Source of the DNA: a virus
Lineage: Duplodnaviria; Caudoviricetes
Strand: one strand, 5' to 3'
IMG/VR virus record: IMGVR_UViG_3300012041_000707
Span: 1-37,197 of that record
DNA length: 37,197 bases
Shown: piece by piece, positions 9,214 to 16,968 of the stretch
How the letters are laid out: the number at the start of each line of letters is the position of its first letter
Position numbering within the stretch: the stretch's first letter is position 1
The notes under the pieces: generated by a model
Told to the model about the DNA's origin: nothing
What the model saw: the letters and a program-made list of their open reading frames with translations, nothing else
Databases searched by the model: none
Position numbers and translations under genes: made by a program

Positions 9214-9855
9214 TTACTTACGCCGCTGCTGCTCGGTCGGCTCGACCCGGCCAATCTCGGCCTTCTGGGCGTTGAGTTGCTGCTCCAGCGCCTTGATGCG
9301 CTCCAGCAGCGCCTCGTTGCCGTTGACCGTCAGCAGGTACCGCCGGGCGGCCTCCTTCATCTCGCGTGCGCCCATCCACGTCATGTTGGCGTCGGACAGG
9401 TCGGCCAACTGCTCGATGGTGCGGATCTTGAAGTACGCAAGCTCCTCGATGTGCGCCTCGGTCAGGAACGGGGCGACCTTCAGCGGCGTGCCGACCACCT
9501 GATCCTTGACGCCCGCCAGGAACTGCTCCCAGTGGAGCGGGAAGCGCCGACGATGGAGGTCCCAGACCTCGGCCGTGACGATGTTGTTCTTGTCGCCCGG
9601 GATCATGATGGTGACGAACGGCACGTCCTTGTAGATCGGCCGGTTCTGCTTGGTCGACTCTTCGATGTCGATGCGCGGCTTCATGTAGAAGTGGACGTGG
9701 AGCTTGTCGTCGTGCGGCGGCCCCATGCCCGGGGGCAGGCCGCCAGGGGCTTGCCCGAAGGTGCGGGCGTCGACCGCGACACTCTGGTCGAACTTCGACC
9801 AGTCGGTGGGGACACTGTTCTGCAGGGCTTCAACCTGCGCGCTATCGAGGGCCAT
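9214..9855 (-). CDS. Conserved hypothetical phage protein (213 aa)
   Basis: Probable start ATG 9855 (MALDSAQ...) with AAGGAGA SD; IRTIEQLADLSD motif and C-terminal coiled coil. Confidence 0.6.
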   Translation of the reverse strand: MALDSAQVEALQNSVPTDWSKFDQSVAVDARTFGQAPGGLPPGMGPPHDDKLHVHFYMKPRIDIEESTKQNRPIYKDVPFVTIMIPGDKNNIVTAEVWDLHRRRFPLHWEQFLAGVKDQVVGTPLKVAPFLTEAHIEELAYFKIRTIEQLADLSDANMTWMGAREMKEAARRYLLTVNGNEALLERIKALEQQLNAQKAEIGRVEPTEQQRRK

Positions 9856-9921
9856 CTGGATTCTCCTTGTGCGCGGGATGTTGGGGTAACGCGGCTGGCC
9901 CATCCCACTGAAGCCTGCGTC

Positions 9922-10494
9922 TTAAATGCCGATGGTCGGGACCACTTCGAGGATCAGCCGGGCGTCGGTCAGTTCGACATCATCCACCCCGCCGCTGATC
10001 TTGCTGGCCCTGACCTCGTAGACCGCATCGCCTGCCACCGGCACGGCATTGATAATCTCGAAGGAGCCCTCGGCGATGTTGGTGTTGCCCTGGCCGCTGA
10101 TGGTGCAGCCGCCGGGGACGCTCACGCCGTCGCGGAACAGGCTGAAGACCACCTCGTTGCCGGTGTCGCAGGAGATGCCTGCGTAGAAGGTCACCCGGGT
10201 GTTGGTCGACGGCAGGCCAAGGGCGTTACGCCGAAGCTGGCCGCTGGCCGGGCCGAACGAGGTGAAGTCGGGCGTGATCACCAGCAGGTTGGGCAGCACC
10301 ACCATCACCGGCACGAGCCCGAGACCCACGAGCGTGGCACTGTCGGCACCGATGGCCCCGAAGCCCGGGGTTACGGTGTCGATGAGGTCCTTGATCATCT
10401 GCCGCACGTCGGCGGCGCTGATGTCGTGGGTGGCGTTATCGGGCAGGGTGGCGTCGGCCTGGGTGAGCAGGGCGAACATGGTCTTGCGTGCCAT
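9922..10494 (-). CDS. Putative structural protein (190 aa)
   Basis: Beta-rich ORF in the head-tail block; TGATG-coupled to the upstream gene. Confidence 0.55.
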   Translation of the reverse strand: MARKTMFALLTQADATLPDNATHDISAADVRQMIKDLIDTVTPGFGAIGADSATLVGLGLVPVMVVLPNLLVITPDFTSFGPASGQLRRNALGLPSTNTRVTFYAGISCDTGNEVVFSLFRDGVSVPGGCTISGQGNTNIAEGSFEIINAVPVAGDAVYEVRASKISGGVDDVELTDARLILEVVPTIGI

Positions 10495-10892
10495 CAGGGG
10501 CTCCCGTTGTCGAATGCGTTGTCGAAGCCCTGGTCGTAGGCACCGGGGCCGATCACGGGCGGGATGATGCCGTCACTGATCGAGAGGAACCCCTCGGCCG
10601 TCAGCGGCAGGCCAGCGTAGTAGTAGGCCGGCAAGTCGAAGCTGATGCGAAGCTGGCCGTTCTCGTTGGTGATCGGGGCCGTATGCGGCACCAGCGGGTT
10701 GTCGCTGTCGGTGAGGGACCCGTCGTTCAGGTAACCGATGGCCGCCAGCATCACGTCGGGGAATGCGCCTGGGGCTGCAACAAGGCCGCCGTCGGCTCCG
10801 ATGGGGGTGCCCCCATTGAAGTCGACAGGCGGCCCGGCCGACAGGATGATCCGGCCCTGCGGGTCGAACTTCAGCACGCCCGCGATGAGCAT
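10494..10892 (-). CDS. Hypothetical virion-region protein (132 aa)
   Basis: GAGG SD, stop overlaps the next start, operon-consistent. Confidence 0.55.
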   Translation of the reverse strand: MLIAGVLKFDPQGRIILSAGPPVDFNGGTPIGADGGLVAAPGAFPDVMLAAIGYLNDGSLTDSDNPLVPHTAPITNENGQLRISFDLPAYYYAGLPLTAEGFLSISDGIIPPVIGPGAYDQGFDNAFDNGSP

Positions 10893-10904
10893 GGCGTGCC
10901 TCGC

Positions 10905-11471
10905 CTAGCTCGGTGCCACCATCGCCACGCTGGCCGACCCGAAGACCGACTGGCCGGTCGTGAGAGCCACGCCCGAGCGATTGACGAAGCCCGCCTCGAC
11001 GGCCGCACCGTTGGCGACGGCACCCGTGGCCGTGACCATCTGCAAGCCGAAACCCGTGTTGGCACCCGAGTCCCGCGAGCCGCCGTTGCCGGCACCGCAG
11101 ATGCCCCAGCCTGCCGTGTACGGATCGGAGACCCCGAATTCATCGCTCCTGCCGCCACCGATGTACATGATGGACGAGTTGGCCGATGCGGTGCCGTCGG
11201 GCTTGGTCACGCCAGGGACGTAGGCGTCGGTGAAGCCTGCGGCTTTGATCGAGTCGGGGGCCGTCAGGCCGATGATCGGGGGCGAGCCGAAGCCGATGCC
11301 CGTCGAGAGGGCACCGGTCGAGGTGTTGTTGGGATCGCCCGTGACCGGGTCGATGTCCATGTCGAAGGGCGAATCCTTCGGCCCCGAGAGGGCATCGAAG
11401 ATGACGAAGCGACCGTCCTGCGGATTGCCGAAGTTGTCGGCATACGAGGTGCCTGGAAGTCCTGCGGGCAT
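10905..11471 (-). CDS. Putative capsid accessory/decoration protein (188 aa)
   Basis: First gene after the MCP terminator; shares the identical RBS context GGAGAACACGATG with MCP; Gly/Ser/Thr-rich. Confidence 0.5.
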   Translation of the reverse strand: MPAGLPGTSYADNFGNPQDGRFVIFDALSGPKDSPFDMDIDPVTGDPNNTSTGALSTGIGFGSPPIIGLTAPDSIKAAGFTDAYVPGVTKPDGTASANSSIMYIGGGRSDEFGVSDPYTAGWGICGAGNGGSRDSGANTGFGLQMVTATGAVANGAAVEAGFVNRSGVALTTGQSVFGSASVAMVAPS

Positions 11472-11489
11472 CGTGTTCTCCTGAAGTCG

Positions 11490-11534
11490 AAAAAGAAGGG
11501 GGCCGCCAATGAGAGGCTTTCCCGGCGGCCCCCT
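11490..11534 (-). terminator. Rho-independent terminator after the major capsid gene
   Basis: 11-bp stem AGGGGGCCGCC / GGCGGCCCCCT followed by TCTTTTT on the minus strand. Confidence 0.8.
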
Positions 11535-11557
11535 GTCGTCCCTTGATCAGGGAGTGA

Positions 11558-12529
11558 TCACGCTCCGACCAGACGGCCCTGGAACTGGCGGCCGCTGCAG
11601 GTCAGGTTGCCGGCCCAGGCCAGGATGCTGACCTCGGCATCTTGGTTGACGGCGTACCGCTTGTTGGGGTCCAGGGCCACCATGTCCCGAGCCGAGTGCG
11701 GCCGCAGGAAGATGTACTTGGTGTTCAGGAACAACGTGGTGTTGGCGGTGTTGAAGCCTCCGATACCACCGTCCAGCACCACGTCGGCGTCCATGAACTT
11801 CAGCGACGGGAACCCCAGGTTGCCGACCTCGGGCGAGGTGAACCGCTGCTGCGCCTGGAGGGACGCCATGTACACGCCCCAGGCCACGTTGTCCTGCACG
11901 ATCAGGTCGGGCCGGTCGGTGCCACGCACGAGGCTGGCCCACATCGTGTTCATGAAGCCCTGGATGTTGGCCGCCGTCTGCGCTGCCGTCAGGGTGTACT
12001 TGCTGGTCCAGAAGGTCCACGTCGAGCCGACGATGCCACCGTAGGCGGTCGTCTGCGAGGCGGGGGCCAGCGCCGGCATCGCGGCCGAGAGACCGGTCAG
12101 GCTCTTGCCACCGTAGGTGGTGCCGTCGGCGTAGATGCCCTCGGCCATGAGGTTCGCCATCGTCGCCTCGGCGACGGTGATGCGGCCTTCGAGGAGGTCG
12201 ATCATCTGCTCCTTACCGGCGTTCTGGATCTGCTCCAGACCGGACATGGTGACCGGGCAGGCAAGCTGCTTGATGTTGAATTCGGCCGCCGAGATGACAT
12301 CGCTCGCTGCCACCGGCAGGAGGTCATAGCCCGAGTACCACCCGCCGTTCGCGTTCTGGGCGAAGGACAGTTCTTGGTAGATCACGTTGCCGCCGCTGAA
12401 GGGCTTGCGGTTGCCCCTCTGGTCGAGCCGCATGTAGAGGGCGTTGTTCTTGGTCACGTTGTCCGCGATCTTGCGGGTGCGTGACTGGATCGTGGTTGCG
12501 ACGATGTCGCTGACGTTTGGAAATGCCAT
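11558..12529 (-). CDS. Major capsid protein (323 aa)
   Basis: Start ATG 12529 (MAFPNVSDIVATTIQSR...IADNVTKNNAL) with GGAG SD; ends in GNLTCS. Follows the scaffold, followed by a terminator, size fits an HK97-fold MCP. Confidence 0.85.
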   Translation of the reverse strand: MAFPNVSDIVATTIQSRTRKIADNVTKNNALYMRLDQRGNRKPFSGGNVIYQELSFAQNANGGWYSGYDLLPVAASDVISAAEFNIKQLACPVTMSGLEQIQNAGKEQMIDLLEGRITVAEATMANLMAEGIYADGTTYGGKSLTGLSAAMPALAPASQTTAYGGIVGSTWTFWTSKYTLTAAQTAANIQGFMNTMWASLVRGTDRPDLIVQDNVAWGVYMASLQAQQRFTSPEVGNLGFPSLKFMDADVVLDGGIGGFNTANTTLFLNTKYIFLRPHSARDMVALDPNKRYAVNQDAEVSILAWAGNLTCSGRQFQGRLVGA

Positions 12530-12661
12530 CGTGTTCTCCGAATGAAGTAGTGCCTGGGGCTTTAAAGCCCCGCCGTTCACTCAGTCGTTCGATGGCCTAC
12601 CAGGGGGTGTCGATGGCCGCGTGCGGTTCTACGTCCCCCCGGCCCGGTTCTACGGACCTCG

Positions 12662-13795
12662 TCACTCCATGTGCTGCGAGATGGCCGCCTCGATGCTCTC
12701 GCGGATCGAGGTTGGTTCCCGCCCCACTGGACCACCAACCGGTGCGCTGCCCCTGACCGAGACCGCTGCGGCTCTCGCACGCTGGGCGTTCCGGGTCAGT
12801 GCCTGGGCACTCGCACCCTGCTGGCGCGCAAGCATAACCTTGGAAACCTCGGGGTGCAACATCGCCGCCCGCTCGTAAGCCTGCTGCAGCGTCACCGTGC
12901 GGCCCTGCCGCTCGGCCACCTCGATGATGTCGGCCATCTCGTAGCGGAGGTCGCCGAAGAATTCGTTGGCCGGGTCCTGGGCGAACACCTCAAGCTCCGA
13001 CCGTGCCTCGCCCTCGGCCGCCTGGACGATCTGGTACTGGCGCTGCTGGGCGGCTTGGTACAGGGGTGCCAGAGCCTGCTGCACGGCCGCGTTGACATCG
13101 ACCCCCTGGGGCTGGCCCTGGGGAAGCTCGCCGACCAGGGCCGAGTCGAGGGTGCCGATGTCGACCCCGTAGACCTTGATGACCTGGGCCAGCAACTGCG
13201 CCTTCTCGTGCTGGGTGCCCGAGCGCATGGTCTGGGTGATCGACATCAGGTTCCTGACGGCCGTCAGCGGGTCGACCCCCTCCTGCTGGATCACGCCCAG
13301 GTAGGGCTGGATCGTGGCCGTGAACCGCTCGGCGATGTTCCTGGCGGCCGACGCCTCGCCGACGAACCGCTGCATCTCCTGCTCGCGCCGGGCGACCTCC
13401 TGCTGGACGGCTGGCGGCACCGCCTTCCACTGCTCCCGGGCCAGGGGCGACCACGAGGCGGGGGCGGGAACGGCCTGCGCGGCGGCCTGGACGGGCGCTG
13501 GCTGGCCGATCTGGGGCTGGGTGGCACCAGGGGTGCCTGGAGCCGCCTGGACGCCTTCCTGGGGCTCCTGGCCCGTCTTGGGCAGGAACCGCCCGAGGGC
13601 GTCACGGTCGCCCCGGGTGGCCTTCCCGGGCTCGGCACCCGCTTCCTGCTGTTGGGCAGGGGCGGCAGGGCGCGCATCCGAGCCCGGGTCGGCCGGGGGC
13701 GAGGATACCTCGCCGTCGTGGGTCTCGATGGCGCTTTCGAGGGTGTCGCGCAGGCTCGGGCCGTCGTCGTCGGGGGCTTCGTCATCGGGTCCCAT
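12662..13795 (-). CDS. Capsid scaffolding protein (377 aa)
   Basis: Acidic/Pro-rich N-terminus with RDxxGRF and PASW motifs, helical body, SLRDTLE and SIRESIE termini; immediately upstream of MCP. Confidence 0.7.
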   Translation of the reverse strand: MGPDDEAPDDDGPSLRDTLESAIETHDGEVSSPPADPGSDARPAAPAQQQEAGAEPGKATRGDRDALGRFLPKTGQEPQEGVQAAPGTPGATQPQIGQPAPVQAAAQAVPAPASWSPLAREQWKAVPPAVQQEVARREQEMQRFVGEASAARNIAERFTATIQPYLGVIQQEGVDPLTAVRNLMSITQTMRSGTQHEKAQLLAQVIKVYGVDIGTLDSALVGELPQGQPQGVDVNAAVQQALAPLYQAAQQRQYQIVQAAEGEARSELEVFAQDPANEFFGDLRYEMADIIEVAERQGRTVTLQQAYERAAMLHPEVSKVMLARQQGASAQALTRNAQRARAAAVSVRGSAPVGGPVGREPTSIRESIEAAISQHME

Positions 13796-13838
13796 GAATT
13801 TTCCTTGTGTGGTTTACGAACGGAGAAAGGGCTGTAGG

Positions 13839-14012
13839 CTAGATCTTGAGAGGGTAGGAGCGCAGCAGCCAGAGGATCAAGGCGATGGCGGCCACCGCAT
13901 AGATCACGATCTTGAAGGGCGGCGGCATCGGGATGTAGGTCACGATCAGCCAGACGATCAGGCCAACGATGGCGAGACCGAGCAGGACGGTCAGGAGGGC
14001 GGTCAAATCCAT
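13839..14012 (-). CDS. Small two-TM membrane protein (57 aa), Thivi_2564-family-like
   Basis: Start ATG 14012 with GGAG SD; two hydrophobic helices joined by IPMPPPFK. Confidence 0.6.
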   Translation of the reverse strand: MDLTALLTVLLGLAIVGLIVWLIVTYIPMPPPFKIVIYAVAAIALILWLLRSYPLKI

Positions 14013-14014
14013 GT

Positions 14015-14410
14015 CTAGCTCCGGTGGATGCGGTGCCATGCTTCGGCAATATCGTTACGGGTGATTGCACCCGATCCGGCCTTGCCCTGGCGGTATGCCT
14101 CTCGCTCCTTCGCGGCCCTCTCCCAGGTCCCCTTGAAGTCGTCGGCGGTGGTGAGGCCGTTGCGCCTCATGTACTCCCTGTGCTTGGTGCGGCTGGAGAT
14201 GTCGGTGCCGTCGGTGGCCCGCAGGCCGTCGTAGTGCCTGTCGCCCGCCAGGACGTTCTCGTCGGCGTTCAGGCCGGTCGGCGGGAACCAACGCTCCATC
14301 TGCTCGGTGCAGCAGAAGTACGGCCGGGGGTTGGCGACATGCTCGCGGATCGGCCGGTAGACCTCGTCGGTGCGGCCGCACTGCTGGCACATGAAGTTGT
14401 AGGTCGGCAT
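14015..14410 (-). CDS. FmdB-like zinc-ribbon protein (131 aa)
   Basis: True start ATG 14410: MPTYNFMCQQCG...CCTEQMER matches the MPxYxYxCxxCG zinc-ribbon start. It is the C-terminal part of track ORF 14015..15337. Confidence 0.7.
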   Translation of the reverse strand: MPTYNFMCQQCGRTDEVYRPIREHVANPRPYFCCTEQMERWFPPTGLNADENVLAGDRHYDGLRATDGTDISSRTKHREYMRRNGLTTADDFKGTWERAAKEREAYRQGKAGSGAITRNDIAEAWHRIHRS

Positions 14411-14412
14411 CC

Positions 14413-16644
14413 TCAGGCTCCAGGCTGGGGCTCGCCGCCAAGCTGGTCGGCGATGACGGCGAATGCTGCCACAGGGACGATGCCTTTGGCTACAAGCTCC
14501 TTTAAAGCCGAGAGTCCGCCCGTGGACAGGGCTTCCATCATCGGCTTGTAGAACGCCTGCTGGGTGAAGCCGTGCTTGGCGGCGATGGCCTCGGTGGCGG
14601 CCAGTTGCTCCGGGGCCATCGTCTGCATCGCCCGGTCGAAGCCCTCGACCATCTTCGGCCCGCCGCCCTCGATCTTCTCGATGAAGGGCTTGCTGCTCCA
14701 GTCGTCGGGCTTCTCCCAGGTAGATCCGGGCTTGGTCGGGAAGAGCGAGGTCTCGGCATGGCGCGGGGTCACGTCGGCATGGCCGTAGCCCTCCCGCAGC
14801 GCCTGCAGCAGCGCCTTCCTGCCGGGGTCCCCCTCGGGCTGGAAGGACAAGACCCGGGCTCCACGAGGGTCGACCTGGGCGATGTCGCCGCCATGCTCGG
14901 CCGCGATCCGCGACACGTTCTCCAGGGCGGTGTCGCTGAAGGGGCTCTTCAGGCCGGTGGCAATCTGGAAGGCTCCGGCGCTCTTCAGCGGTGCCTCGCC
15001 GCCCAGGTAGTTCAGCGCCGACTGGTCCTGCAGGCCGATCAGGCCGTGCGCGCCGGCCACCGACTCGGCGACCGTGCGGCTGGCCGGGTCCATGCCCTGG
15101 CCCCCGGGCTCCTTGCCGACCAGTAGCTGGGTCGAGTAGCCCGGGTTCACCTGACCCTCGTACAGCCCCCGGTTGGGCAGGGTGGTGTCGACCAGGGCTC
15201 CCATCTCGTGGGCGAGCCGGTCGATGCCCTCCGGCCCGCGCACGGTCGCCTCCATCGCATCGGCGTACTCGCGCTTTAAAGCCGGGTCGGCCCGGAGAAG
15301 CTCGGGCATGTGCCCGGTTGTAGCCCCAGGCGTCCACTCCCGGGTGATGCCGGCCGAATAGTCGGGGATGAAGTCGGTGTAGTCCTTGCCGGCCTCCTCG
15401 ACATCCATGCCCTTGGCCTTGGCCTTCTGGGCGATCCAGGCGGCCGCCTGGGAGTTGTGCAGGTTCCAGTCGGTCAGGCCGGCGAGGGTCTCCTCGTTCG
15501 CCTTGTCGCGGACGTATTCGGCCTGCTCATCGAGGAAGCGGTGGCCGGCATCGCCCACGCCCTTCGACCAGGGCTCGCCGGTCTTCGGGTCCCTGATGCC
15601 CCAGGCTCTCACGTCGTGGATGTCGTGGGTGGCGCGCTTCACGCTCTCCGGCCCCATCCACTTGACCGAGAGCCCCGCACGGTAGGGCGACCGCTTCATG
15701 CCGAAGCCCTCGCCCTGGGAGCCGCGAGCCCAGGCGTCCATGATTTCCTGGCCGTGGACGTTGGGGAAGCCCCCGGTGCGAATCGGCTCGCCGATGAGGT
15801 TCTGGTTCCAGCCCTTGTTGACGTACATCAGGTTCGACCCGACCGGCGTCCTGGCGCTGGTGATCGAGGCGGCGTCGGCCACCTTGTCGGCCTTGTCCAC
15901 GTCCCCGCCCGTGACCCGCAGGATCGTGTCGCTGGCCCGGTCGTACCAGTCGCGCTGCCCGGCCCCCTCCTCCATCGAGCGGAGGTAGTCGGCGCGCATC
16001 CCACCGAGCTTTTGCGGCGTGATGCCGCCGAACGCCTCGGTGCCCCGGTAGATGCCGGCGTTCTCGCCGCCAGTGAACCGGTTGGAGCCCTTGACCTCCT
16101 TGGGGGCATCGACCTTGCCGCGCAGCCCCTCGACCGTGGCCTTCGTCTTGGCCTTGGCCTTCGACTCGGTGCGGGGCGTGGGCGGCTCCACGAAGCCGGC
16201 CGACCGGGGAATCTCGGCCGCCGGGAACGCCTGCTCGGGGGCGGTGAAGAGCGTGGCCTTGGGCGTGCCGGGCTCGGGCACCACGTCCCTGAAGCCCAGG
16301 CCGCCCGTGCTGGCCGTCCTGGCGGCCGCCTTGCCCTCGCGCAGGAGCCGGGACATCGGCCCGGCCTGGGCATCGCTCGCCATGATGCCGCCCAGGCCAG
16401 CCAGGGCCGCCTTGGTGGCGATCTTGCCGCCCGGGCCGCCGGCCAGCAGCAGCGGTAGCTCCCAGGCTTCACCCGGGGTGAATTCCCGCGCCGCCGCCTC
16501 GCCGAAGCTGGCGAGGCTGGGGTTGTTCCTGGCGAGCTTCCTCGACCCGGGGATCTGGCGCAGGAGGTCCAGCGTCAGGTGCGGCTCGGGCGTGGGCTCG
16601 GCGTAGCCCCCGGTGCGCTCGTCCCGGTCGAGGATTGAAGCCAC
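14413..16644 (-). CDS. Large accessory protein (743 aa) with putative HhH-GPD glycosylase-like domain
   Basis: Long ORF with operon-consistent codon use. WYD...SITS...N...K...THDIHDVRAWG...QAAAW pattern resembles HhH-glycosylase-like phage domains. Confidence 0.55.
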   Translation of the reverse strand: MASILDRDERTGGYAEPTPEPHLTLDLLRQIPGSRKLARNNPSLASFGEAAAREFTPGEAWELPLLLAGGPGGKIATKAALAGLGGIMASDAQAGPMSRLLREGKAAARTASTGGLGFRDVVPEPGTPKATLFTAPEQAFPAAEIPRSAGFVEPPTPRTESKAKAKTKATVEGLRGKVDAPKEVKGSNRFTGGENAGIYRGTEAFGGITPQKLGGMRADYLRSMEEGAGQRDWYDRASDTILRVTGGDVDKADKVADAASITSARTPVGSNLMYVNKGWNQNLIGEPIRTGGFPNVHGQEIMDAWARGSQGEGFGMKRSPYRAGLSVKWMGPESVKRATHDIHDVRAWGIRDPKTGEPWSKGVGDAGHRFLDEQAEYVRDKANEETLAGLTDWNLHNSQAAAWIAQKAKAKGMDVEEAGKDYTDFIPDYSAGITREWTPGATTGHMPELLRADPALKREYADAMEATVRGPEGIDRLAHEMGALVDTTLPNRGLYEGQVNPGYSTQLLVGKEPGGQGMDPASRTVAESVAGAHGLIGLQDQSALNYLGGEAPLKSAGAFQIATGLKSPFSDTALENVSRIAAEHGGDIAQVDPRGARVLSFQPEGDPGRKALLQALREGYGHADVTPRHAETSLFPTKPGSTWEKPDDWSSKPFIEKIEGGGPKMVEGFDRAMQTMAPEQLAATEAIAAKHGFTQQAFYKPMMEALSTGGLSALKELVAKGIVPVAAFAVIADQLGGEPQPGA

Positions 16645-16647
16645 GGT

Positions 16648-16959
16648 CTACTCGGGAGCGGTCTCGCCTTCGGGCTTCGGCGCGGCATCGCCCGGGGCGA
16701 CCTCGCCGACGGGCTGCGTCGGGTCGACGCCGCCGTTCTCGGCCACCCAGGCCGCCTTCTCGTCGGCCGTCGCGCCGCCCGTGAGGAAGCGCCTGGGCAT
16801 CCCCTCGTAGGGGGTCACGGCGTCGGCGGCGGGGGCCGGGTCGGCGAGCGCTTCGGCCTCGTACTGCTTCTGGACCTCGGCCTGGGCCGCGAGGTCCTCG
16901 TCGGCGTACTCGTCCTTGGCGGTCTTCTCGATGCCTGAGGCTTGCTTGCTCTTCGTCAT
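16648..16959 (-). CDS. Acidic hypothetical protein (103 aa)
   Basis: AGGAGA SD, immediately downstream of the portal gene. Confidence 0.65.
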   Translation of the reverse strand: MTKSKQASGIEKTAKDEYADEDLAAQAEVQKQYEAEALADPAPAADAVTPYEGMPRRFLTGGATADEKAAWVAENGGVDPTQPVGEVAPGDAAPKPEGETAPE

Positions 16960-16968
16960 GGCGTTCTC

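Noticed and set aside
14015-15337. 440-aa ORF from the track
   Set aside because: The upstream ~310 codons overlap the 743-aa gene out of frame; only the part from ATG 14410 looks like a real protein.
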